Assembly: GCA_020724885.1 (NCBI GenBank)
Contig: DYGD01000003.1
Location: forward strand, 3,103 to 67,102
Length of the DNA stretch: 64,000 nucleotides
Direction: 5' to 3'
DNA from: Candidatus Paceibacter sp.
Lineage (GTDB): Bacteria; Patescibacteriota; Minisyncoccia; Phycocordibacterales; BOKC01
The translations under genes were made by a program, and so were the position numbers. A model generated the notes under the pieces. It made no database searches and was not told the origin of the DNA. It saw nothing but the letters and a program-made list of their open reading frames with translations. This document shows, in pieces, positions 17,648-26,889 of this stretch; position 1 is the first letter of the stretch, and the number at the start of each line of letters is the position of its first letter.

Positions 17648-19060
17648 ATGCTAAAAAACAAGAACAGACAAGAAGTTGATGATTTTTTCACACGAGGAGT
17701 TCGCGATGTAATTGACCCGGACGGGGCTTTCAAGCGCAAACTAGAAAGTGTGCTGGATGGTCAAAATAAGAGAGAAATCATCGTCAAGTGGGGGGTAGAC
17801 CCAACCAGTCCCGATATTCATATAGGACACGCTGTAGTTTTAAGAAAACTAAGACAACTTCAGGAGTTTGGTTGCAAGATCGTCTTCTTGGTGGGCGACT
17901 TCACCTCCCTTATCGGCGATCCAACTGGTAAAAACGTAACTCGTCCAGAAATTGAACAGAAGGTGGTCGAAGAAAATATGAACACCTATCTGAAGCAGAT
18001 AGAAAAGATTCTGAGAACAGAAAAGGAGGTTTTTTCGTGGATAAGAAATTCCGACTGGTTCACCTCGCCGACAGATTTAAACTTGCCGGAAACTTACAAA
18101 GTAAATTTAGAAGTAAATCAAAACAATCAAAAAATAAACGTTCCTATCGCTCCAAATTCTTTTGTCGGCAAGGCAATTGTGTTTGAAAAAACAAGAATGC
18201 AACTTTCGGAGAACACTAAAAACAAAGTGGCGGTTGTCACTTTAAAAAATTTCCTCTGGTTTCTAAAAAAATTAACTCATGCCCGCCTTATTGAACGAGA
18301 CATGTTTCAGGAAAGAATCAGATCGGGCAGAGAGCTGTATATGCATGAGCTGGCCTATCCAATTTTGCAAGGCATTGACTCCCACATAATATCGGAAATT
18401 TACGGGAGTTGCGATCTGGAAGTTGGTGGCAGCGATCAGACCTTCAATATGCTTTGCGGTCGGGAGATAATGAAAAACAACGGTCAGGAACCGCAAGCGG
18501 TTATCACCTTTGAACTCCTTGAGGGGACCGATGGTAAAGAAAAAATGAGCAAAAGTTTAAATAATTATATTGGCATCAACGAGCCGGCAGAAGAAATTTT
18601 TGGGAAAACCATGTCCATACCGGATACCCTTATCATCAAGTATTTCAATCTGTGCACCTACACCCCACGACAAGAGATTGAAGAAATTGAAGAAAAAATA
18701 AACTCTGGAAAGATCAACCCCAGAGATGCAAAAATGCGTTTGGCAAAGGAGATTGTTTCAATCTACCATGGCTCAAGCTCGGCAGAGGAGTCAGAAAAAA
18801 ACTTCTTAAAAGTTTTCCAAAAAAAAGAGGCGCCCGATAATCCGGAAGAGTTGGGGGCAGAAACTGATGAATTTTTATCTGAAATTTTAACTAAAAATAA
18901 ATTTGTAAAATCCAAATCTGATTTCCAACGACTTGCCCGGGCCGGAGCAATTGAAAATGTGGAAACCGGTGAAAAAATCACCGACCGGTTTTTCAAAATA
19001 AAAGAAAAAACTTATCTCAAAATAGGCAAAAAGAAATTTGTCAGAATAAACCCCAGATAA
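17648..19060 (+). CDS. tyrS: Tyrosyl-tRNA synthetase
   Basis: DPTSPDIHIGH, YPILQG.D, GGSDQ, KMSKS, S4-like C-terminus. Confidence 0.95.
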   Translation: MLKNKNRQEVDDFFTRGVRDVIDPDGAFKRKLESVLDGQNKREIIVKWGVDPTSPDIHIGHAVVLRKLRQLQEFGCKIVFLVGDFTSLIGDPTGKNVTRPEIEQKVVEENMNTYLKQIEKILRTEKEVFSWIRNSDWFTSPTDLNLPETYKVNLEVNQNNQKINVPIAPNSFVGKAIVFEKTRMQLSENTKNKVAVVTLKNFLWFLKKLTHARLIERDMFQERIRSGRELYMHELAYPILQGIDSHIISEIYGSCDLEVGGSDQTFNMLCGREIMKNNGQEPQAVITFELLEGTDGKEKMSKSLNNYIGINEPAEEIFGKTMSIPDTLIIKYFNLCTYTPRQEIEEIEEKINSGKINPRDAKMRLAKEIVSIYHGSSSAEESEKNFLKVFQKKEAPDNPEELGAETDEFLSEILTKNKFVKSKSDFQRLARAGAIENVETGEKITDRFFKIKEKTYLKIGKKKFVRINPR

Positions 19061-19111
19061 ATTCTCTTCTCGTTCTATTTTAGCTCGGAGGATGAGAAGG
19101 CGAGTATCGAC

Positions 19112-19151
19112 AAAAAACAAACACCCCGCTTCAGCGGGGTGTTTGTTTTTT
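19112..19151. terminator. Bidirectional intrinsic terminator
   Basis: AAAAACAAACACCCCGC-TTCA-GCGGGGTGTTTGTTTTT. Confidence 0.85.
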
Positions 19152-19272
19152 ACATTTCTTCTTCGTCATCCTCCTCGTCTTCGTCGTCAGAATCATCTCC
19201 ATCATCGACCGTAGCAGAATCATCGGGGGTTTCCTCATCCGCGCTCATCAAATCATCATGGTCACTATCCAT
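19150..19272 (-). CDS. Tiny very acidic peptide (40 aa)
   Basis: MDSDHDDLMSADEETPDDSATVDDGDDSDDEDEEDDEEEM*; directly followed by a terminator. Confidence 0.55.
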   Translation of the reverse strand: MDSDHDDLMSADEETPDDSATVDDGDDSDDEDEEDDEEEM

Positions 19273-19396
19273 ATTCTTAGATTTCTTAAAAATTATAAGT
19301 TGGCGACCACCTCCACAGGTAGCTGGAGGTAAATCATTTTTACCAAATTTGGATTTTATTGTAAACAGCCCAAACCCCCAGTGTGGATAACAAAAA

Positions 19397-19900
19397 CTAG
19401 ACGGGTTGGTTTTTAAAATTTTTAAGATGGGCAAACGCGGTCAAGCCGACTGCGACAGCATCATATTCATCATCCTTCAATCCGTCCGGCTTTGTCATTT
19501 TAACAAGTTTTTTGACCATCACTTCAATCTGGCCCTTGTCGCTTCGGCCATATCCGGTAACGGCAACCTTTATCTGTAGAGGGGAATACTGGACCACACG
19601 AACACTCGCCTTCATGGCCTCGTATATCACCACCCCTCTAACTTCAGCAACCTGAAAAGCTGTCTTTTGGTTTTTATTGAAAAAAAGTTTTTCAATGGCC
19701 AAAAGATCTGGAGAAAATTTGCCAATTAACCTTTCAATCTCCCGACCAACCAATAGACACTTTTTTTCAAAGCTGTCGGACTTTTTGGCGGGGGGAGAGA
19801 AACAGTCGGAATACAGCAATTTTTCTCTGCCGTCTGGTTGTCGCTCCAAAACCGCCAAACCAAGGCGGTCATAACCAGGATCAACTGATAAAATCACCAT
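19397..19900 (-). CDS. ruvC: Holliday junction resolvase RuvC
   Basis: ILSVDPG, AIEKLFF, VTGYGRSDK, DDEYDAVA. Confidence 0.95.
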   Translation of the reverse strand: MVILSVDPGYDRLGLAVLERQPDGREKLLYSDCFSPPAKKSDSFEKKCLLVGREIERLIGKFSPDLLAIEKLFFNKNQKTAFQVAEVRGVVIYEAMKASVRVVQYSPLQIKVAVTGYGRSDKGQIEVMVKKLVKMTKPDGLKDDEYDAVAVGLTAFAHLKNFKNQPV

Positions 19901-19907
19901 ATTAGAT

Positions 19908-21008
19908 TTAACGGTTCATCGGCATCACTAAATAAAGAAAACTTTTGTCGCCGACACCCCTTATAACCATTGGTTTGGAAACATCATTTAATGACACAGA
20001 AACGCTGTCGGCGGTTAAAGAATTCAAGCAGTCAGAGACGTATTTCAAATTGAAACTGATATCTATGTCTTTACCGGAAAGAGCCGCGTCGATGCTGTAA
20101 ATATTTTCTCCTAGTTCGGTATTTTTTGTTTTCATTTCAAAAACCTTTTTTACCGGATAAATCACTAAATTTATTTGGTTGAATTTATCAGACATGACGT
20201 TAGCTAACTTTAGAGAAGAAGCCAAATCTTGCCTCAAAACAACTGCTTCTGTTTCAAACTCTTTTGGAATTATTTGCTTATAATCCGGAAAAGTGCTGTC
20301 AACAAGGCGCGAGGTTATGTAAGTCCCGCCGGAACTCAAGGATATTTGATTTTTATCAATAAAAACAGAAACATCTCCACCTTCTCCGTCAAGAATTCGG
20401 GTGATTTCCAAGGCGTTTTTATACGGCAGAAGAACGTTACCAAAATCCTTTGACTGCTTTAACTTGATTCTTTTTTCTGCCAACCTAAACGAATCTGTTG
20501 CGGCAAAGACCAAATCTTCCGAATCGCTATAAATAAAAACACTTGAAAGCTCTGGTTTGATTGATGACTGGGTTGAGCTGTACCAGACGGCCTTTAAGCC
20601 ATTTACAAAATCAGAAGCTGGCATATTAAACGGCTCGGATTTTGTTTCTGGAATACTTGGAAAATCATTTGGGTCTTTGGTTTTTATTGTCGCGAAATTT
20701 TTATTTGTCGTAAGTTTAACCTCGCCGTTAGACCCCTCAAATTTTATATTTTTGGTCTCCGGTAAGTTGCCAATCAAATTTATCAAAACCTCTCCCGGTA
20801 CTGCAACTACCCCGGGGGTTTCTGTTTTTACCGGGACCTCCAACCTGATTCCGATATCCAGGTTTGTCGCTTTTATAATCAATCGATTATTTTTATTTTC
20901 CAAAAGAAAACAACTTAGCACTGGCAACCCAGGATTTCTGTTGGTTGCGATTTTTCCGGCTTTAGTTATGGCGTCTAGTAATTTATCTTTTATACATTCA
21001 AATTTCAT
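19908..21008 (-). CDS. dnaN: DNA polymerase III beta clamp
   Basis: ATNLD, ATDSFRLA, FPDYKQIIP, YLVMPM; downstream of dnaA. Confidence 0.97.
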   Translation of the reverse strand: MKFECIKDKLLDAITKAGKIATNRNPGLPVLSCFLLENKNNRLIIKATNLDIGIRLEVPVKTETPGVVAVPGEVLINLIGNLPETKNIKFEGSNGEVKLTTNKNFATIKTKDPNDFPSIPETKSEPFNMPASDFVNGLKAVWYSSTQSSIKPELSSVFIYSDSEDLVFAATDSFRLAEKRIKLKQSKDFGNVLLPYKNALEITRILDGEGGDVSVFIDKNQISLSSGGTYITSRLVDSTFPDYKQIIPKEFETEAVVLRQDLASSLKLANVMSDKFNQINLVIYPVKKVFEMKTKNTELGENIYSIDAALSGKDIDISFNLKYVSDCLNSLTADSVSVSLNDVSKPMVIRGVGDKSFLYLVMPMNR

Positions 21009-21215
21009 TTATTTTTATTATTAGCTATGTTGATAAGTGGAAAAGTTTTAAAATGTTTCAAAATAAGGTTTTTTTGTTGTTTTTCGTGTGTATAAACACT
21101 GGAAAACTGGTGGCTTGTTTTTAATAAGGTGTTGAATTAATTTTTAAATTTACAAACGACATTTTTAATGAACATTTTTCCCAACTTTTCTCAACAGCTT
21201 TTCCAGGCCAGTTTT
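21009..21215. other. Probable replication origin (oriC), dnaA-dnaN intergenic
   Basis: AT-rich; DnaA-box-like TGTGTATAA (21087-21095) and TGTTGATAA (21028-21036); another box upstream of dnaA (22638-22646); apparent by-eye strand skew change across the locus. Confidence 0.7.
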
Positions 21216-22565
21216 TTAATTTATCATTGTTCGCAGTTGGTCTATTTCTTTGCATAAATTGCTGTCGTGTCGCATCTCCGCTTTTATTTTTTCGCAGGAA
21301 TGGATCACGGTGGTGTGGTCCCTCCCCCCCATCTTTTCACCTATAGAGGGATACGAAATTCCGAAATCCTCTCTCAATAAAAACATCACTATTTGTCTCG
21401 GACGAATTACCTCTTTTTTTCTGGTTTTTTCATAGATTGTGTTTTCTTCCATATTATAGAAATCAGAGACAATTCTGGCGACCTCTTTGACCGACAGCGT
21501 CTTTTTCGGCTTGGAACTGTGTCTCAATAGATTTTTGACCTCTCCAAGAGTAAGCTCCTTGTTTTTTATTTGGTGGTGGCACGAAATAGCGTTGAGGGCA
21601 CCTTCAAGCTCTCGAACATTTGTGGTGATACTTGAAACTATAAAGTCAACGACTTCCTGAGCCAACTCTATTCCCAGATTTTTTGCCTTGGATCTAAGGA
21701 TGGCTGCCCTTGATTCGTGATCTGGGGTCGGGATATCGACTATCATTCCGGCGCTGAACCTAGATTTCAAACGGTCCTCCATATCGGGAATAAAGTTCGG
21801 GTGTTTGTCCGAAGAAAAAATTATTTGTTTATTGCTGTCGTGGATATTATTGAAAAGATGAAAAAGCTCTTCTTGGGTCTTTTCTTTGCTAGATAAAAAT
21901 TGTATGTCATCCATAATCAAAACATCGTATTTTCTGTATTTTTCTTTGAAATTATTTACCTTATTTGCTTGAACAGAACCGATATAATCCATAGCAAACT
22001 TTTCTGATGTCACATAGTGAACTCTTTTTTCCGGATAGGAGTTTTTTATTTGGTTTCCTATCGCTTGAATCAGATGAGTTTTGCCGACGCCGGTGTTGCC
22101 GTAAATGAATAGCGGGTTGTACACCAACCCCGGTTGTTTTACGACCGCCTGTGAGGCCGCGTACGCTAATTCGTTAAAGGGGCCAACCACAAGAGATTCA
22201 AATGTGTATTTTGGATTCAGGTTGTCGTCTTTGTTTATGTAGAGTTCCTCCAAAGGAAGCTCTCTGTTGGGGCTGGTCCTGACTTTGGTTGGCAACTCCT
22301 GTTTTTTCTTGGGGTCGGTTGGTGCGATCGTATACTCCAAAGATCTGATATCACTTGAAAGCCCCCTTAGGATTTTTAGAATGAAGCCGTGATGTTTTGA
22401 GGACAACCAATCCTTAACAAAGGCGTTTGGCACGCTTAAGAACACAGCCCCGCTGTCTTTTTTTAGTATGCGAGTGTCTTTAAACCAAGTGTTAAAATTC
22501 GCTGGAGAAGTGTTCATCTCTATTTCGGCCAAGGTGTTTTCCCATAGTTTTTTTGTGTCATCCAT
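21216..22565 (-). CDS. dnaA: Chromosomal replication initiator DnaA
   Basis: YNPLFIYGNTGVGKTHL, DDIQFL, NVRELEGAL, GGRDHTTVIH; start set at ATG 22565. Confidence 0.98.
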   Translation of the reverse strand: MDDTKKLWENTLAEIEMNTSPANFNTWFKDTRILKKDSGAVFLSVPNAFVKDWLSSKHHGFILKILRGLSSDIRSLEYTIAPTDPKKKQELPTKVRTSPNRELPLEELYINKDDNLNPKYTFESLVVGPFNELAYAASQAVVKQPGLVYNPLFIYGNTGVGKTHLIQAIGNQIKNSYPEKRVHYVTSEKFAMDYIGSVQANKVNNFKEKYRKYDVLIMDDIQFLSSKEKTQEELFHLFNNIHDSNKQIIFSSDKHPNFIPDMEDRLKSRFSAGMIVDIPTPDHESRAAILRSKAKNLGIELAQEVVDFIVSSITTNVRELEGALNAISCHHQIKNKELTLGEVKNLLRHSSKPKKTLSVKEVARIVSDFYNMEENTIYEKTRKKEVIRPRQIVMFLLREDFGISYPSIGEKMGGRDHTTVIHSCEKIKAEMRHDSNLCKEIDQLRTMIN

Positions 22566-22732
22566 AGTGTTTGGGTAATTATATACTCTAGATCTGTTTT
22601 TGAAACTTGTTAAAAGCGTCTGATTATGTTTATAATATGTGAATAAATTGTTAATAAAGTTTAGCCCCGTCCTATTCCCGATGCTCTGCATCGGGAATAG
22701 GACGGGGCATCAGGGTAAATTTTTGTAATAAA

Positions 22733-22867
22733 ATGGCAAAAGCAAATAAATTAAAAAGGAGAAAAATGTCTCGCGCCCACGGCTTTCTGAAGAGAAAAAG
22801 TTCCTCGGGAGGCAAAAAAGTCGTTCGGTCTCGCAGAAGGAAGGGACGCCGGGCGCTTACTAAATAA
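22733..22867 (+). CDS. rpmH: 50S ribosomal protein L34 (not in the ORF track)
   Basis: MAKANKLKRRKMSRAHGFLKRKSSSGGKKVVRSRRRKGRRALTK*; canonical position divergent from dnaA. Confidence 0.9.
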   Translation: MAKANKLKRRKMSRAHGFLKRKSSSGGKKVVRSRRRKGRRALTK

Positions 22868-22917
22868 TCCCCTATCCCGACTTTCGCTAGCGAGGTTTTT
22901 GGGAACTTAATATCATT

Positions 22918-23265
22918 ATGCTACCCCGAGAATATCGGATCAGTAGGGCTCATTTTGCCGATATTTTTAAAAAAGGCCGTTTTTTCTCCGGCCAAAATTT
23001 AACTCTGGTTGTGCTGAAAAAACCGGAATCGGCTAAAAAGAGTAGCCGCTTTGCTTTTTCGGTGTCCAAAAAAGTCAGCAATAAGGCGGTGGTTAGGAAT
23101 AAGTTAAGGCGACGTGGTTATGAGGCCGTCGGAGAGCTGATTTCCCAAGTAAAATCTGGTTTTTTGGCAGTTTTTGTTTTAAAAAAGGGTGCCGAAAAAC
23201 TGAAATTTGAAGAATATAAAAAAGAAATAAAAGGACTTTTGATTAAATCGGGCTTGACAAAATAA
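22918..23265 (+). CDS. rnpA: RNase P protein component
   Basis: RFAFSVSKKV..KAVVRNKLRR motif; follows rpmH. Confidence 0.93.
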   Translation: MLPREYRISRAHFADIFKKGRFFSGQNLTLVVLKKPESAKKSSRFAFSVSKKVSNKAVVRNKLRRRGYEAVGELISQVKSGFLAVFVLKKGAEKLKFEEYKKEIKGLLIKSGLTK

Positions 23266-23357
23266 CAGAATTTGGTATCTTGTTAGCGGAAATGCACCCA
23301 GACGAAGGCGTGTTGCCTTTGTCGGACAGAACAAACGAACCCTGTCAGGAGATAGAA

Positions 23358-23762
23358 ATGCCAAGGTTTACCCTGAATTTTCGAGACGGAACCACCGGGG
23401 TAGTGGATGGGGAGACCATCAGTGATGCCTGCAGAATCTACAACCATCGGCCGGTTCATGTTCTCGCAGATCTTCAAAACTACACCACGGAAGATGGCCA
23501 AGAAGTTCCTGTGGCCGGAATCGCAGACTGTGGTTGCTTCTACCACGCGGAGCGGGGTGAAGCATGCCGCCACGATCTCGAAAAGGCCGGGATCATTACA
23601 GCCAGCGACAATGGCTGTGATACGGACGAGCATGACCGCCGTGATTTTGAGTGCGGTCCGCAACTTCTCGATCCGGCGCTTCGCGGTCTTGATGCTAGCA
23701 AAGTGCCGGCGGAGAGGCCGGAGGAATGCTTTCCGGGCGATGCCCAACGCAGGAATGCGTAA
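23358..23762 (+). CDS. Orphan GC-rich hypothetical protein with Cys/His motif
   Basis: SD AGGAG-N6-ATG; own promoter (TTGACA 23254, TATCTT 23276); terminator-like hairpin ~23785-23833; DCGCFYH..ACRHD. Confidence 0.6.
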   Translation: MPRFTLNFRDGTTGVVDGETISDACRIYNHRPVHVLADLQNYTTEDGQEVPVAGIADCGCFYHAERGEACRHDLEKAGIITASDNGCDTDEHDRRDFECGPQLLDPALRGLDASKVPAERPEECFPGDAQRRNA

Positions 23763-23886
23763 GTGTCGATCTGAGCAGGTTCCTAAACCGTACGCGACAC
23801 GCAAACGAAAGTTTGCTCCGCGCACGGTTTTTTCTTTTTATTGCAATTCGTCAATCCCAAAAGATTGACTTAAATTTCACTTGCTA

Positions 23887-23928
23887 TAATTCCACTAATT
23901 TTCCCGATCGGGAAAATTAGTGGAATTA
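23887..23928. repeat. Perfect 42-bp palindrome centred on CGATCG
   Basis: TAATTCCACTAATTTTCCCGA|TCGGGAAAATTAGTGGAATTA. Confidence 0.9.
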
Positions 23929-24024
23929 GAGTGTAACGAATCGCTTAGAATTTTATCAACATTCAGATTAGGAACAAGTCGATATAAAATTGTAATTTTA
24001 AGGCAAATGATTTAAAATAGCCGA

Positions 24025-24738
24025 ATGTCTTGGCTTTATCATACTCTCATTTATCAACCACTCTACAACGGGTTGGTTTTTTTGATGGATATTGGGGCTG
24101 ATGCCGGTATTGCGGTGGTGGTTTTGACCCTCGCCGTTCGTTTTATTCTGTTCCCTTTATCTAAGAAAGCGGTTACCACTCAACAAAAAATCAGAGAATT
24201 CCAGCCGGAAATAGACCGCGTAAAGGAACAATATAAAAAAGACCGACAAGAACAAGCCAAGAAAATAATGGAGTTTTACAAGGAAAAAGGCATCAATCCT
24301 TTTTCAAGTTTTTTTCTGGTTTTAATTCAGTTGCCGATAATTTTCGGTCTCTATCGCATTTTCTGGGCTTCTGGCTTGCCGGAAATTCAACAACAAATTC
24401 TTTATTCATTTGTTCCAGTTCCCGCTTCGGTTGATATGATATTTTTGGGATTGGTTGATATTGCCTTAAAGAGCTGGCCGTTAGCTATTTTGGTGGGCAT
24501 TACCACCTTTTTCCAAATGAAGCTCTCAATGCCTGCTCTGAAGAATACCAAACCGGTCGGTCAATCTTTCAAAGATGATTTGGCGCGCAGTATGAACCTG
24601 CAGATGCGATACTTTTTTCCGGTCATTTCCATTTTTTTGTCCTACACCCTTTCGGGTGCTATCGCTCTCTACTGGTTGACTAGCAATCTCTTTACCATCG
24701 GACAAGAAATGTTTTTGAAGAGAAATAATAAAAAGTAG
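24025..24738 (+). CDS. yidC: YidC/Oxa1 membrane insertase (short, Gram-positive type)
   Basis: LAVRFILFPL, GINPFSS..LIQLPI, LYWLTSNLFTIGQ. Confidence 0.93.
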   Translation: MSWLYHTLIYQPLYNGLVFLMDIGADAGIAVVVLTLAVRFILFPLSKKAVTTQQKIREFQPEIDRVKEQYKKDRQEQAKKIMEFYKEKGINPFSSFFLVLIQLPIIFGLYRIFWASGLPEIQQQILYSFVPVPASVDMIFLGLVDIALKSWPLAILVGITTFFQMKLSMPALKNTKPVGQSFKDDLARSMNLQMRYFFPVISIFLSYTLSGAIALYWLTSNLFTIGQEMFLKRNNKK

Positions 24739-24743
24739 AAACC

Positions 24744-25241
24744 ATGGAAGACAAAAACAACAACGAAGAGCATATAAATTCCCTTGCCTATTGTATGGAA
24801 GTAAGGACGGTTATTGAAGAATTATTGCGCCAAATGAACGTCGCCTACGAAGAAGTGGAGGTTTTTAAGGGACTTTCCGAAGTTGGCCCGAAGTTTATTA
24901 TAAAAAGCCGAGAGTCGGGAATTTTAATCGGCGCTCGCGGTGAAAACTTGCGGGCTTTCAGCCACTTGGCCAGAAGAATTGTTTTCAAGAAAAAGGACGG
25001 CTTGGCCAAATTTACCTTGGACATTAACAATTACCAAGAGGAGGCGACTAAGAAAATCAAAAACCAAGCGCTGTCTTTGGCCGAAGAAGTCAGAAAGAAT
25101 AAAAGGCGGATTGAATTGGAACCAATGTCTTCTTACGAACGAATGATTATTCACTCCCTTTTTTCTACCGACCCGGAAATTGAAACCGAATCAATCGGCG
25201 AAAAATCCGACCGGCGGGTGGTAATAAAACCTAGAAAGTAG
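24744..25241 (+). CDS. jag: Jag/KhpB-like KH-R3H RNA-binding protein
   Basis: LIGARGENL (KH), LEPMSSYERMIIH (R3H); follows yidC. Confidence 0.88.
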   Translation: MEDKNNNEEHINSLAYCMEVRTVIEELLRQMNVAYEEVEVFKGLSEVGPKFIIKSRESGILIGARGENLRAFSHLARRIVFKKKDGLAKFTLDINNYQEEATKKIKNQALSLAEEVRKNKRRIELEPMSSYERMIIHSLFSTDPEIETESIGEKSDRRVVIKPRK

Positions 25242-25329
25242 TTTGTAAGTTAAAAACCCTAAGGACTCAGTTTTGAACTTATAGCAGAGCGGAACTTACC
25301 AACTTACCAACTTACAAACTTACCAACTA
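25239..25329. repeat. AACTTACC tandem/inverted repeat element (copy 1)
   Basis: Four AACTTAC(C/A) units plus an inverted arm; shares 19 bp GAGCGGAACTTACCAACTT with 44709-44727. Confidence 0.75.
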
Positions 25330-26880
25330 TTGCAATTCAAACACCCAAAGTGAATAGTCGTTTTTGTTGGTGAAAAAAATAAATTTTTCTGTTTCGTCTA
25401 AAAACAGATTGGTGGCGTCTATGTTTTCCAATTGAGATAATGGGAAAATTCGTCCGTCTGAAACATTAATTTCCCAAAGCGCGTCGCTGAAAGAAATTGC
25501 GCCTTGATACCAACTGTCCGGGTAAGCGAATCCTTCCGGTATAACTTCAGGCATAGCGCAGTAAAGAATTATGGGATTTTTCTTGCTCCAGACGCATTTT
25601 TCTGGAAAGGTGCCGCCAAAATCCGACAAGTCGCTTGTTTGCCTGCCGTTTAAATCAAAAAGATTAAATGAAATTCTACCTTGAGTTGACCCAGAATAAA
25701 CCGCTTTTGAAACATCGGGGCTGATTAAAGCAGATAACCCGAATATGCCGTCTAAAATTTTCCGCATTTCTCCGTTGCTATTTAAAATGTATGCCAGCCC
25801 CGGGAAAAGAAAAGACGGCTTGGTCTGAATTAAGATACCCTGCCCGTTTATGCCGGAAGCGCGCCACTCCCGCGCCGGCGATTCAAAAATTTGCTGTCTT
25901 TGGCTACCGTCAGGGTTAGCCAGAAAGCCAACCGAACCCGAAGCGTCCTCAAGTAAATAGAAAATTTTGTTTAAATTTGGTAGATAAATCAGATTTTTGA
26001 TATCAGTCGGCAGAAAATTTAGAGCTGTGCGATAAAATTCGTCCTCGTTTCCGTCTTCTGTAACTTCGGCCGGTTTTTTGGCGCCGGTTATTTCATTCAA
26101 TTTTTCTCTGGTTAATTCGTCTACAATACCCGTCGGCTCTGTCAGATTTTGCGGGGTAAGAATTTCAACAGTGTATTTTTCTTGGAATTTTTCAACCGCT
26201 ACTCTGGTTGCCGGTCCGAAAATAGTGGTTTCCAACCCCGGACTGCCGGCGCCAGTTGATGCAATTCTGGTATCCGGGTCCTGATTTAAGATCCTTTGCA
26301 AGTTTAGCACCGCCGCACCAGTGCTACCTTGGCGCAGTTCGGAAGTAAATTCATAGCCGGAGGCAACGGTGCCTGTTTCGGCGCCGGCCGTTAAAAGTCG
26401 CAAGCTAACACTCTCTACTGTTTCCCGATCTTCTTTTAGAAATCTCAAAATAACATTGTTCGGTCCGGCCCAGACGGCCTCTTGGATTTTGGGTATGGTG
26501 GTGTTGGAAACCCGACCTAGCCCGGAGGTCTCAACGTTTCCTTCCCAAATGTGGCCGGTGGCGCGGTCAACAAAACGAAATAAAGTTTCTCCGTTTAAGT
26601 TAAAGACGGTGGCGCCGGCAATCGGCCGTTCGGAAATTTTTCTCAATTGCGTCAAAAAGGTTTCTGCCGGCGCAATTGGCCTCTCCTCTGTCTGCCCCAA
26701 GCCATTTTGAGGAGTGGTTGGGCGCGGAGTGTCGGTCTCCGAAGTTCGGCCAAAAGGAAAAAAGTCGCGGACGCTTAACCCGTTCTGCCTTTCTCCCGCG
26801 CTCTGCCTGTTGGTGAAAATAAAAATTACAAAAAACAAGACAATCAGAATCAGAGCAATAATTATCAATTTTTTTTTCAT
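25327..26880 (-). CDS. Membrane-anchored protein with peptidoglycan-binding domain and propeller-like C-terminus (T4SS locus)
   Basis: N-terminal TM; LRQGSTGAAVLNLQRILN..FGPATRVAVEKFQ PG-binding motif. Confidence 0.75.
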   Translation of the reverse strand: MKKKLIIIALILIVLFFVIFIFTNRQSAGERQNGLSVRDFFPFGRTSETDTPRPTTPQNGLGQTEERPIAPAETFLTQLRKISERPIAGATVFNLNGETLFRFVDRATGHIWEGNVETSGLGRVSNTTIPKIQEAVWAGPNNVILRFLKEDRETVESVSLRLLTAGAETGTVASGYEFTSELRQGSTGAAVLNLQRILNQDPDTRIASTGAGSPGLETTIFGPATRVAVEKFQEKYTVEILTPQNLTEPTGIVDELTREKLNEITGAKKPAEVTEDGNEDEFYRTALNFLPTDIKNLIYLPNLNKIFYLLEDASGSVGFLANPDGSQRQQIFESPAREWRASGINGQGILIQTKPSFLFPGLAYILNSNGEMRKILDGIFGLSALISPDVSKAVYSGSTQGRISFNLFDLNGRQTSDLSDFGGTFPEKCVWSKKNPIILYCAMPEVIPEGFAYPDSWYQGAISFSDALWEINVSDGRIFPLSQLENIDATNLFLDETEKFIFFTNKNDYSLWVFELQ

Positions 26881-26889
26881 TTTCTCAAT

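Noticed and set aside
22566-22691. N-terminal extension of DnaA (similar extensions in polA, PBP, HU, DksA, RNHCP)
   Set aside because: Longest-ORF artefacts; the DnaA extension starts inside a palindromic repeat.
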